Source of the DNA: a virus | Length of the DNA stretch: 64,000 nucleotides | Reading direction: 5' to 3' (one strand) | Virus record (IMG/VR): IMGVR_UViG_3300028115_000009 | Span: 23,573 to 87,572 of that record | Part shown: positions 7,985 through 16,949 of the stretch, piece after piece | Position numbering within the stretch: the stretch's first letter is position 1 | How the letters are laid out: every line of letters starts with the position of its first letter | Notes under the pieces: generated by a model | Database searches by the model: none | What the model was told of the DNA's origin: nothing | The model's input: the letters and a program-made list of their open reading frames with translations, nothing else | Program-made: the position numbers and the translations under genes

Positions 7985-9127
7985 ATGAAAGTTTTAGTTC
8001 TTGGTGATATAATCATCGACAAATACATCTACGGAACCAGCACAAGATTAAGTCCAGAGGCTCCTGTCCCTGTAGTTAAGTATCTGCGTGAAGTTGAAAC
8101 AATAGGCGGCGCAGGTCTAGTATATGAAAATCTTAAAAGTTTAGGTGTTGATGTTGAACTGTTTAAAACAGATAATGCTAGCAGTATCAAAACTAGAGTA
8201 ATTTGCGACGGTCATTATATCACACGCATTGATGATGACAAACACGCCAACGGCAATGTAGTGCTAGACACTATACGAGCAACTGATTTCTCGCAGTACA
8301 ACTATGTTATTCTCAGTGACTATAACAAAGGTGTGTTAGATCGTTCTTTAGAAATTATAGAACATCTTAATAGTTTTGGCTGTAAAGTTATTGTAGATCC
8401 TAAACGTCATTCTAGTTATTATAAAGGCGCATGGTTAGTTAAACCTAATAACAAAGAATATCGTGAGTTAGGATTTGATACTTGGCTAGGTAACATTATT
8501 ACAACTCACGCACATGACGCAGTACATGCTAAGATTGACAATGCTGATTATACCGCAATTGTAGATCAAGTCGAAGTATCAGATGTTACTGGAGCAGGTG
8601 ATTGTTTCTTAGCAGCATTTGTATACGGTATTGACATTGGAAAAAATTACGCAACTTGTTTGCAAATGGCTGTTGACGCAGCAACTGAAAGTGTAAAACA
8701 TGCAGGTACATATGTCTTAAGTAAAAAAGATTTTGAACAATCTATAGTGTTTACTAATGGCGTATTTGATATACTACACAAAGGACATTTTGAACTATTA
8801 AAACAAGCTCGCAGTTTAGGTACTAAACTTGTAGTAGGTATTAACAGTGACGCAAGTGTTAAAAGGCTTAAAGGCGACAGTCGACCGATTAATGATGAAC
8901 AAACTAGAATAGAGCAACTTGAAGCATTGCCTTGGGTAGATGAAGTGTTTGTGTTTAACGACGACACTCCGTATAACTTAATTAAAAGATTAAACCCTGC
9001 TCTTATTGTTAAGGGCGGAGATTATACTGTAGAAACTGTAGTAGGGCATGACTTAGCACCTGTGCATATTGTGCCTACAGTAGAAGGTTACAGTACAACA
9101 AGAATTATAGAGGCAAGCAATGCATAA
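7985..9127 (+). CDS. hldE: Bifunctional heptose-7-phosphate kinase / heptose-1-phosphate adenylyltransferase
   Basis: PfkB domain (LGDIIIDKY, RLSPEAPVPV, ILSDYNKG, DVTGAGD) fused to a nucleotidyltransferase domain (FTNGVFDILHKGH, NSDASVKRLKGDSRPIN, KGGDY, GYSTT). Confidence 0.92.
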   Translation: MKVLVLGDIIIDKYIYGTSTRLSPEAPVPVVKYLREVETIGGAGLVYENLKSLGVDVELFKTDNASSIKTRVICDGHYITRIDDDKHANGNVVLDTIRATDFSQYNYVILSDYNKGVLDRSLEIIEHLNSFGCKVIVDPKRHSSYYKGAWLVKPNNKEYRELGFDTWLGNIITTHAHDAVHAKIDNADYTAIVDQVEVSDVTGAGDCFLAAFVYGIDIGKNYATCLQMAVDAATESVKHAGTYVLSKKDFEQSIVFTNGVFDILHKGHFELLKQARSLGTKLVVGINSDASVKRLKGDSRPINDEQTRIEQLEALPWVDEVFVFNDDTPYNLIKRLNPALIVKGGDYTVETVVGHDLAPVHIVPTVEGYSTTRIIEASNA

Positions 9128-10556
9128 CACAGTAAACAATATAACAATAGTAGGTGGCGGAACAAGTGGATGGCTAACTGCTGCTTATCTTTTAAAGAAT
9201 ACAGCCTGTAATATAACTGTTGTTGACAAAGAAGTTGGAACGCCTGTTGGAGTTGGAGAAGGCACGTTATTAGGTTTTAAACATTTCTTAGCAGAATGCG
9301 GATTTAAACAAGAAGAATGGTTTGATGCTATCGATGCAACATACAAAGCAGGCATTTTGTTCCCTCAATTTAATGGCGATAAAAACTTAGTATGGCATCC
9401 GTTTACATTAAATATGGATTATAGCAAATACGATGCCAATGTCTACGAAGCGTTAACATATATTGAACAAGAAAAAATTAACGAATTAATGATGTTTTTT
9501 AATATAAGTTTAGAAAACAAAGTAGACATTAATAATTTGAATTCTGCATATGCAATGCACATCGATTGCAGTAAGTTAGTTATTTGGTTACAAGAAAAAA
9601 TATTATCACGTATTACTTTAATTAAATCTGAAGTAGTTGCTATTAATCGTACAGACAATATCATTAATCATCTTACTCTTAAAAACGGTGATACAATTAA
9701 TTCTGACTTGTTTGTAGATTGTACAGGATTTAATCAAGTACTACAACATAGTCCACAACGAACCGATCTTACTAATAGACTGTTTTGTGACACTGCTGTA
9801 GCCGGTCATGTTCCTTACATAGATGCAGAAGTCGAATGTATGCCTTATGTAGAATGTCCAGCAGTCGACCATGGATGGATTTGGAAAATTCCTGTCCGAT
9901 CGCGAACAGGAACTGGTTTAGTGTTCAATAGAAGTATAACAAGCATTGACGAGGCGAAACAATATCTATGCAAGCATTGGAATGATAGAATCACTCCAGA
10001 TGATTTAAAAGTAATAGACTGGACCCCGTATTATAACAAAAATATGTGGGACGGTAATGTTGTTGCTATAGGCCTAAGTGGCGGATTTATTGAACCGTTA
10101 GAATCTACTGGTATAGGATCTATTACTAATGCTATTGTATATTTGACGCATAGTATTAATACAGGATATTATAATGAATATGATATCGAAATATTTAATA
10201 GTACAATGAATGCGCTATATGAAGACACTATTGATTTTGTTAATATGCATTACATTTATACAGATAAAAATACACCTTTTTGGAATCATGTTAAAGAAAA
10301 TATCATTCCGTCAGAAACATATTTGTATTACAAAAATATAATAGAAGCCGGAACACCTATTAACTATAACGGAAAGGGTTATTTGTTTGGCGGCGCAAAT
10401 TGGATTTGTTGGCTGCTGCAATTTGAAAAGAATATAGGAAAAAATAAAAACATCGATGATGATATTGCAAATGAAATATTATCAAATTGGAGCGAGACTA
10501 TTTCCGACGTTGATAATAGTCAATATATTATTTCTCACTTACAGGCAATTAAATGA
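9120..10556 (+). CDS. Flavin-dependent (tryptophan halogenase-family) enzyme
   Basis: GGGTSGW, VGVGEGT, DATYKAGI (catalytic Lys position), FVDCTGF, GWIWKIP, FIEPLESTG. Confidence 0.88.
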   Translation: MHNTVNNITIVGGGTSGWLTAAYLLKNTACNITVVDKEVGTPVGVGEGTLLGFKHFLAECGFKQEEWFDAIDATYKAGILFPQFNGDKNLVWHPFTLNMDYSKYDANVYEALTYIEQEKINELMMFFNISLENKVDINNLNSAYAMHIDCSKLVIWLQEKILSRITLIKSEVVAINRTDNIINHLTLKNGDTINSDLFVDCTGFNQVLQHSPQRTDLTNRLFCDTAVAGHVPYIDAEVECMPYVECPAVDHGWIWKIPVRSRTGTGLVFNRSITSIDEAKQYLCKHWNDRITPDDLKVIDWTPYYNKNMWDGNVVAIGLSGGFIEPLESTGIGSITNAIVYLTHSINTGYYNEYDIEIFNSTMNALYEDTIDFVNMHYIYTDKNTPFWNHVKENIIPSETYLYYKNIIEAGTPINYNGKGYLFGGANWICWLLQFEKNIGKNKNIDDDIANEILSNWSETISDVDNSQYIISHLQAIK

Positions 10557-11362
10557 AAATATTAATAACAGGTCACGAAGGATTTATTGGTAAAAATTTA
10601 GCGCCATTTCTTGACAAAGATAATGAGTTATTCGGATATGAATGGAATCCAGCCGCGTTGCCTGATGTATCTCAATATGATTGGGTTATACATTTAGGAG
10701 CAATTAGTGCAACTACTGAACGCGACATAGATAAAGTAATGTTGCAAAATTATGAATTTTCAAAGTGGTTGTTTAATGAGTGTAACACCAACGGAGTAAA
10801 TCTACAATACGCTTCGAGCGCAAGTGTATACGGCTCTAACACTGATTTTAGAGAAGACGCACCAAAGCAGCCCCAGAGCTATTATGCAACAAGCAAGTAC
10901 TTGTTTGACCGTTGGGTTATGCAACAAAAGCACGACATTATAGTACAAGGATTTCGTTACTTTAATGTATACGGACCGTATGAAGATCACAAAGGAAATC
11001 AAGCAAGCCCTATAACCAAGTTCTTTAAACAAGCAAAAGAAGAAGGCGTTATTACACTGTTTGAAAATAGTGACAAGTATCTAAGAGACTTTATATATGT
11101 AGGTGATTGTTGTAACATACATCGTTACATGCTCACAACATCTGAGAAAGGTATATTTAATATCGGTACCGGAGTTGCAACAAGTTTTCAAACTATTGCA
11201 GAATTAGTTGCAAAACGATTTAAAGCTAAGATTGAATATATTCCAATGCCTGATAATCTTAAAGGACAATATCAAGAATACACATGTGCAAACATAGAAC
11301 GTTTAAGTAATATAGTAAACATTAACTTCACAACACCAAAGGATTTTATAAATGGAAAATAA
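10553..11362 (+). CDS. hldD: ADP-L-glycero-D-manno-heptose 6-epimerase
   Basis: TGHEGFIG, HLGAISATTE, YASSASVYG, YATSK, FRYFNVYGPYEDHKGNQAS, YQEYTCA. Confidence 0.88.
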   Translation: MKILITGHEGFIGKNLAPFLDKDNELFGYEWNPAALPDVSQYDWVIHLGAISATTERDIDKVMLQNYEFSKWLFNECNTNGVNLQYASSASVYGSNTDFREDAPKQPQSYYATSKYLFDRWVMQQKHDIIVQGFRYFNVYGPYEDHKGNQASPITKFFKQAKEEGVITLFENSDKYLRDFIYVGDCCNIHRYMLTTSEKGIFNIGTGVATSFQTIAELVAKRFKAKIEYIPMPDNLKGQYQEYTCANIERLSNIVNINFTTPKDFINGK

Positions 11363-11744
11363 ACAGCCAACACGGTTAAGCGGCGCAGTACAAAAAGGCT
11401 GGGGCTACGAATTAATTTGGGCTACTAACGACAAGTACTGTGGAAAGATTATGTTTTTTAATAAAGAAGGCATGAAGACCAGCATGCATTTTCACAAAGA
11501 AAAAGACGAAACATGGTTTATAAATAGCGGAAAATTTAAAGTACGTTATATTGATACTGCTGATTCGATGCTATATGAAAAAGAATTAAATGAAGGCGAT
11601 GTTTGGCATAACCCGCCATTAATGCCGCACCAATTAGTAGCAATGCAAGATGAATCGAGTCTAACCGAAGTGAGTACTCCAGATAGCGTAGAAGATAATT
11701 TTCGTATCGGCCCAGGAGACAGCCAGACTGCGAGTAGCAAATGA
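11352..11744 (+). CDS. Cupin, sugar (ketol) isomerase-like
   Basis: KGWGYELIW...SMHFHKEKDETW...PPLMPHQL...EVSTPDSVEDNFR cupin metal-binding motifs. Confidence 0.75.
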   Translation: MENKQPTRLSGAVQKGWGYELIWATNDKYCGKIMFFNKEGMKTSMHFHKEKDETWFINSGKFKVRYIDTADSMLYEKELNEGDVWHNPPLMPHQLVAMQDESSLTEVSTPDSVEDNFRIGPGDSQTASSK

Positions 11745-12388
11745 GTAATTATAACATAGTATGGAGCAACGAAGTTAAGAAACAAGAGTATGTTCCTGTA
11801 TATGACAATATACATAACATTGCTCCTAAGTGTGTTGTAGGGTTAGATCGAGACGGTGTAATTAATGTCGACAGAGGTACTTACACGTATCGTCCTGAAG
11901 ATTTCAAACCTATAGACGGTAGCTTAGAAGCAATTGCTAAACTAAGACGAATGGGTCACAAAATTGCCATTATTACAAATCAAGGCGGAATTGGTAAAGG
12001 GCTATACACAGAGTCAGATGTTGACAAAGTTCATGAGTATATGTTTCAATTGTTAGGCGAAGCAGGTTGTCCAAGTATTGATGCATTATACTATAGCACT
12101 ACAAGTTTGCGAGAAGACAATTTTGCAAAACCCAATACTGGAATGTTCAAACGATGCCAGGACGAGTTCAAATACATTAAATTCAAACACGGATACTTTG
12201 TAGGCGATAAAATATCCGATCTTAAAGCTGCATTTAAAATGAGCGCAGTACCAGTCCTTGTACGCACAGGACACGGTGAAGAAACTATCAAAGAACTAAA
12301 CAAATTCAGTAATCAAAAGATAAAGAAAAAGACCATCATTTTTGACGATCTTTCTCAGTTTGTTGATTGGTTGGAAAAGAAAAATTAA
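11741..12388 (+). CDS. gmhB: D,D-heptose 1,7-bisphosphate phosphatase (HAD family)
   Basis: LDRDGVIN, ITNQGGIG, KPNTGM, FVGDKISDLKAA, LVRTGHG. Confidence 0.88.
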   Translation: MSNYNIVWSNEVKKQEYVPVYDNIHNIAPKCVVGLDRDGVINVDRGTYTYRPEDFKPIDGSLEAIAKLRRMGHKIAIITNQGGIGKGLYTESDVDKVHEYMFQLLGEAGCPSIDALYYSTTSLREDNFAKPNTGMFKRCQDEFKYIKFKHGYFVGDKISDLKAAFKMSAVPVLVRTGHGEETIKELNKFSNQKIKKKTIIFDDLSQFVDWLEKKN

Positions 12389-12960
12389 AAAGTTATTGCA
12401 AAGTTTGCACTAATTGTAACTCTTGTAGCTTGGGTTTGATTATACGTTACATAATGATCCAAGCTACTCGGAAACAATACAACACTTCCTTCTGTCATTT
12501 CTGGCACATACTTGTTACCATATATTTCTGTTTGTAAATTAACCTTTTGAAAAAAGTCATTGCTTGATTTATAGAAAACAAAATCACCACTATTTTCTGG
12601 TTTTTCTAACATATACGCACAACTAATAACATTTGATCCATTAGAGTGGGCATGCACTTCTTGATGTTGTCCATAGTTGTATCTATTCATCCAAGCCTGG
12701 CATCCAATGGAATATTGTCCTATTCCGCCAATGTCGTTTACATATTTTTCAACTAACGGTAACACACTATTAAAAAACTTATCCCACGGCATTCCTGCAA
12801 TCGGTTCGTTGCCAAATGTAGAATCTGCATTGCAACTCCATCCTACAGGAGTTGCAAAATTAGCATCGTCTACCGAAAATGGAAGAAAGGCTTCTTTAAG
12901 CCTTTCGTGGTCTGGCATCTTGCATTCGTAAATTGGAGTTGAGAAGATCTCATTAATCAT
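12385..12960 (-). CDS. 2OG-Fe(II) oxygenase-like protein (TIGR02466-type)
   Basis: W-x-N, HQEVHAH, FPSSLDHYV, RVTISAN. Confidence 0.8.
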   Translation of the reverse strand: MINEIFSTPIYECKMPDHERLKEAFLPFSVDDANFATPVGWSCNADSTFGNEPIAGMPWDKFFNSVLPLVEKYVNDIGGIGQYSIGCQAWMNRYNYGQHQEVHAHSNGSNVISCAYMLEKPENSGDFVFYKSSNDFFQKVNLQTEIYGNKYVPEMTEGSVVLFPSSLDHYVTYNQTQATRVTISANFAITF

Positions 12961-14773
12961 TTTTAATAGTTACCAGTTTGTTATACTCAGGTAGATACAA
13001 ATATTCAATATCGCTACTTGCTAATGTTCTAAATGCATCATCTAATGTCTCAACTAATGGCTCGCCTCCTAAGTTAAAACTTGTATTAAATACAATCGGT
13101 ACTCCTGTTTGCTTATAAAGTTCTTTAATCAAATCGTAGTAATGCGGATTTTGTTCACGCTTGACTGTTTGGATACGACATGTACCGTCTACGTGAATAA
13201 TGCTTGGAATTTTTTCTGCAATACCTTCTTGACAATTCATAGCATACATCATATGCGGAGATTCTTCTAGGCCGCGCATATCAAACCATTCATGTGCATG
13301 CTCATGCAAAATAGATCCTGCAAACGGACGGAAGTACTCTCTACGTTTAACTTTATTAACAAAGTCTTTACCATTAGGATCAGTTGGGTCATACATGATA
13401 CTTCTATTTCCTAATGCACGAGGACCATTTTCTGATTTACCTTGGAACAAAGTAACAATATTTCTTTCACCGTTTGTTTTACCAGTCATAAGATTAATGA
13501 CTTCTGTGTTAGTAATATCAGATAATTCTGCATTATATTTTTCTGCTAACGTATTAATTTCTTCGTCAGTATAGTTGTATTGCGGGCCTAAATATAAGCT
13601 GTCTGCAAATGCTCGCTGAGTGTCATCGTTAGTTAACATATGATAGCCAAATAATGCTGCGCCAATGCACGTACCTGCATCGCTACTTATTGGTTCAACA
13701 TAAAAGTTTATGCCTTCGCCTTCTAATTCTTTTAAGTACCAGTAGTTAGCAACACAATTTAAGCCATAACCTCCGCTTAATACAATGTTTTTAATTCCTG
13801 TATCTGCAACTGCTTTTCGAATTAAACGCAGTACTTCTGATTGACTTTGTGTTTGTACTGCGTATGCCATATCACGACGATTCTGCAAATACGTTAATTC
13901 GTCTTTGTCTTGAATGTCAGTAGGTGTAAGTAGATATTCGTAACGACCTTCGTTAATAACAGCGCCGTTTGGATATGTAGGAATAACTAAATTCCTATCA
14001 GTTGTACGCCACATGCCGCCATTGCCGTCTGAGTAAATAGCAGGAACATTGTCGTTTTTCTCTCCGTACGGGAACAGTCCCATAGTCTTACCAGCCTCAA
14101 TCGGCGACCAACCGCAGTATTGCGTAACCGCTTCATATGCCTTTGTAATGCCTGCTGTGTCGTCTATTATTAACTCGTGAGTTTCGCCAGTTTCGCCAAA
14201 ATTATCACTTGGCATATCTTCAATATGTGCAGCAGGCCAAGGGCCTCTTCCTCCTTGATGTTTATACACTGTTTTAAAATTAGCAGGGTATCTACAAGTA
14301 AAGATAGATTCTAATTCCCAGGTCATTTCAGTAGTTTCACCCATTTGCATAGGAATAAATGTTCCTGCACCATCTACAATAAGTGCCACTGCATTATCAA
14401 AACCTGATCTATAAAATGCACATGCTGCATGAAGTTTATGATGCATGTGTGCTAAATCAATTACTTGTGGATGATTATATGGATCTTCTGTTCGAGAAAT
14501 TAATCCCAACTTACGAGCTAATCCTGTATAAACATCGTCACCTGTAAAATCAACAGTTCCTGCTGTTTCTTTTAAAGGCTGTGTATGTGCGATAAACAAG
14601 TAATCTAATTTATCAGTGTAATCTAATATTTTAAGCATTGATGCGTAAGGGCCGCCGTCGTACTTATGTCTACTTAATCGTTCTTCTTCGATTGCAAAAA
14701 CAATTTCGCCATCTTTTAATAAGCAAACGCCTGAATTATGGCCCCTTGCTATTGCTGCTATCCACTGTGCCAT
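12953..14773 (-). CDS. Carbamoyltransferase (NodU/CmcH/TobZ family)
   Basis: GHNSGVCL..EEERLSR, HHKLHA, DGAG, GKTMGL, SGGYGLNCVAN, SENGPRALGNRS, KRREYFRPFA, HVDGTCRIQT, NTSFNLGGEPLVE. Confidence 0.93.
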   Translation of the reverse strand: MAQWIAAIARGHNSGVCLLKDGEIVFAIEEERLSRHKYDGGPYASMLKILDYTDKLDYLFIAHTQPLKETAGTVDFTGDDVYTGLARKLGLISRTEDPYNHPQVIDLAHMHHKLHAACAFYRSGFDNAVALIVDGAGTFIPMQMGETTEMTWELESIFTCRYPANFKTVYKHQGGRGPWPAAHIEDMPSDNFGETGETHELIIDDTAGITKAYEAVTQYCGWSPIEAGKTMGLFPYGEKNDNVPAIYSDGNGGMWRTTDRNLVIPTYPNGAVINEGRYEYLLTPTDIQDKDELTYLQNRRDMAYAVQTQSQSEVLRLIRKAVADTGIKNIVLSGGYGLNCVANYWYLKELEGEGINFYVEPISSDAGTCIGAALFGYHMLTNDDTQRAFADSLYLGPQYNYTDEEINTLAEKYNAELSDITNTEVINLMTGKTNGERNIVTLFQGKSENGPRALGNRSIMYDPTDPNGKDFVNKVKRREYFRPFAGSILHEHAHEWFDMRGLEESPHMMYAMNCQEGIAEKIPSIIHVDGTCRIQTVKREQNPHYYDLIKELYKQTGVPIVFNTSFNLGGEPLVETLDDAFRTLASSDIEYLYLPEYNKLVTIKND

Positions 14774-14781
14774 ATTATCTC

Positions 14782-15312
14782 CTAATTATATTCAAAATCT
14801 ATTACAAAAACTTTACGTTCGTTAATTGCAGGATAAGATCCGTGATGTATCCCGCCGTCCATTATTATTACATTGCCTGCTTTTGGTTCCCATTCTTTAT
14901 ATCCAATCGCATTCGACATAGAATATAAATTTCCAGCATGTGGCCATTTTCTAATCCATTCATAATCTGATAAAAATAATATTGCACTAAATCTACGACT
15001 TTGTATATGTTGATGTGCCACAGAATACGATCCTGGCGGATAATCAATCCACCAACTACTTGCATATGTTGCATCTTGTAATGTAGTACTTACACTATTT
15101 CTTAGAAAGGTAAGGTAATCTTTGGCAGGATCAACTTCAGTGGGGTATCCGTAATCCCATTTATAAAACATTGTTGATCCACCACGTTCTAAATGATGCT
15201 GACAAGACACATCTTTATTATATAAATTTAAAAATCTTTCATATTCTGGATAATATGTTTCAGTTATCCAATGAAAATTAGTTTGATCAAAAAAAGGTAA
15301 ATCTATATTCAT
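14782..15312 (-). CDS. 2OG-Fe(II) oxygenase-like protein (HxH type), paralog of the adjacent gene
   Basis: WWIDYPPGSYSVAHQH...IHHGSYP...RKVFVIDF. Confidence 0.65.
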   Translation of the reverse strand: MNIDLPFFDQTNFHWITETYYPEYERFLNLYNKDVSCQHHLERGGSTMFYKWDYGYPTEVDPAKDYLTFLRNSVSTTLQDATYASSWWIDYPPGSYSVAHQHIQSRRFSAILFLSDYEWIRKWPHAGNLYSMSNAIGYKEWEPKAGNVIIMDGGIHHGSYPAINERKVFVIDFEYN

Positions 15313-15833
15313 ACTGCTAACCTATATGTAAAATCACACACAAACACTTTTCTCGGCTGTAATGTTGGATATGTTCCGTGCCACACAGTGCCATCAAATA
15401 TATGAAGATTTCCAGCAACTGGACGATACTCATTATAATCGCCATTATTTAAAGAATATAAAAATCCTTCATGCGGATTATAATCATCAACTTCTGATGT
15501 TGTTAGAAAAAGTACAGAAGTTAGTTGAGGTCCTGGATTGTGCGAATGAAATCCGTTATAAGAGTGTAGTGGATAATCTACCCACCACGCCTTAGAAAAC
15601 TCTACATCTTGTAGGAAAGGATATACAGTTAATGACTGTTTTACAAAATTAATATAATTGTTATTAGTATCAATTTCGTAAGGGTATTTAAATTCGTCTT
15701 TATAATAAACTGTTGATCCGCCGCTGTCTCTATGACTATTTTCATTTAATGAAAAACAATCTAATATATGTCTGTAGTCATTGTAATGCAAATCTAATGC
15801 AAACGAACTGTATATTTCAGACAAATAATTCAT
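15309..15833 (-). CDS. 2OG-Fe(II) oxygenase-like protein (HxH type); start reassigned to 15833
   Basis: WWVDYPLHSYNGFHSH...VWHGTYP...RKVFVCDF; the ATG lies 2 nt after the upstream stop. Confidence 0.65.
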   Translation of the reverse strand: MNYLSEIYSSFALDLHYNDYRHILDCFSLNENSHRDSGGSTVYYKDEFKYPYEIDTNNNYINFVKQSLTVYPFLQDVEFSKAWWVDYPLHSYNGFHSHNPGPQLTSVLFLTTSEVDDYNPHEGFLYSLNNGDYNEYRPVAGNLHIFDGTVWHGTYPTLQPRKVFVCDFTYRLAV

Positions 15834-15834
15834 A

Positions 15835-16830
15835 TTATACTGAGCAGCAACTATTGTCTTCTTCGTTAGGAGGAACATACTGTCCAGTAAATTTTGTAGA
15901 TCTTCCTAAGCGTTTTCTTACACTATGCAATACTGCTTGTGTTTGTTCTTTATTCATATCCATTACAGCATCATTTGCTCTATTAACTTCATCTTCCATA
16001 GTAAGACGAATAGGATCATATACACGTTTTCCTTCACCAATGTCAATGATATCAAATGTATCCGAACCAGGGTAGCTAATATTGACAGGGAACGTAGATC
16101 CTGTAATCACCGTTGCTGTTTTTCCTAAGCTCTTTGCAATATGTTGACCGACACTGTCTACTCCTAAAAAGTGATCTGAACAATCTATAACACTCGACCA
16201 TACACGTAGATCTGGAATCTGAGGCATTGCTACAGGAAACTTTCCAGTATCTTTTTCTTCAAATGCTACAGGAAATTCGCTCATTAAAATAATTGCATAT
16301 TCTTTTTTAAGATCGTTTACTATATTAATAACACTGTTTAAATGCATGCTTCGAGCAGTAGGATCAATTGTCATTTCTCCCATATTTTGAATTCCGCGAC
16401 CAAACGGCTGTACTACTAATACTTTATCAAAACCAGTCTTTGCACGTACTTCTTGTACAATGTTAAAACCTGATACCATCTCTATTTGATTTAAAACAAT
16501 TTTAGGGTCTTGTAATTCTCTTACACCTTTATTGTTAATAGCAATGTCAAATGCTTGAGCAAGATTACATTTTTGATTATAATACTCCCAAACACGATAT
16601 GGTTCTGGGCTTACAATATCACGATGTTTTAAGTGTTCTTGAAACAGTCCTTTGTGCCAATTATCGTATGCACGATTATGCAGTGTAGGATGTCCTTTGT
16701 AAAAGTCCATGCCGCCTTCGCATACAATAATAAAATCTTCATCAGTTTCTGCAAGTTTTTCAAATGCAGGAATTGAACTGATAACGCGGCCTGCACCTCC
16801 GTTTATAAAATACGCCTTTGGTCTTGACAT
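15835..16830 (-). CDS. GT-B glycosyltransferase, GT9/heptosyltransferase-like
   Basis: N-terminal GGAGRVISSIPAF and C-terminal DHFLGVDSVGQHIAKSLGKTATVITGST, resembling the GT9 motif (IGxDSGxxHLAxALG). Confidence 0.65.
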   Translation of the reverse strand: MSRPKAYFINGGAGRVISSIPAFEKLAETDEDFIIVCEGGMDFYKGHPTLHNRAYDNWHKGLFQEHLKHRDIVSPEPYRVWEYYNQKCNLAQAFDIAINNKGVRELQDPKIVLNQIEMVSGFNIVQEVRAKTGFDKVLVVQPFGRGIQNMGEMTIDPTARSMHLNSVINIVNDLKKEYAIILMSEFPVAFEEKDTGKFPVAMPQIPDLRVWSSVIDCSDHFLGVDSVGQHIAKSLGKTATVITGSTFPVNISYPGSDTFDIIDIGEGKRVYDPIRLTMEDEVNRANDAVMDMNKEQTQAVLHSVRKRLGRSTKFTGQYVPPNEEDNSCCSV

Positions 16831-16851
16831 TAGAACTCCTTAATTTTATTC

Positions 16852-16880
16852 ATTATAACACTATTAGATGTATAGAGCAA
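16852..16880 (-). promoter_or_regulatory. Sigma70-type extended -10 promoter for the GT/oxygenase/carbamoyltransferase operon
   Basis: Minus strand TTGCTC, 17 nt spacer, TATAAT preceded by TGn; SD AGGAG downstream. Confidence 0.75.
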
Positions 16881-16936
16881 GCATTTTCAAAATTATTTAT
16901 AAGGTATCGGGTTTACACTGTATAGATATGGCTTCT

Positions 16937-16944
16937 TATAAATA
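16937..16944 (+). promoter_or_regulatory. T4 late promoter TATAAATA for the second halogenase
   Basis: Exact TATAAATA 5 nt before ATG 16950, with no SD. Confidence 0.65.
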
Positions 16945-16949
16945 TCAGT

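Noticed and set aside
7985-12388. Host chromosomal LPS locus or chimeric assembly
   Set aside because: The genes are contiguous with T4-like structural genes and the promoter overlaps the NUDIX gene end; no bacterial housekeeping genes, integrase or att-like junction seen.
12953-14773. Carbamoyltransferase as a DNA base-hypermodification enzyme
   Set aside because: Not excluded, but no hydroxymethylase/thymidylate-synthase-like partner is in the window and the context is sugar and fibre genes, so it is kept only as an alternative.
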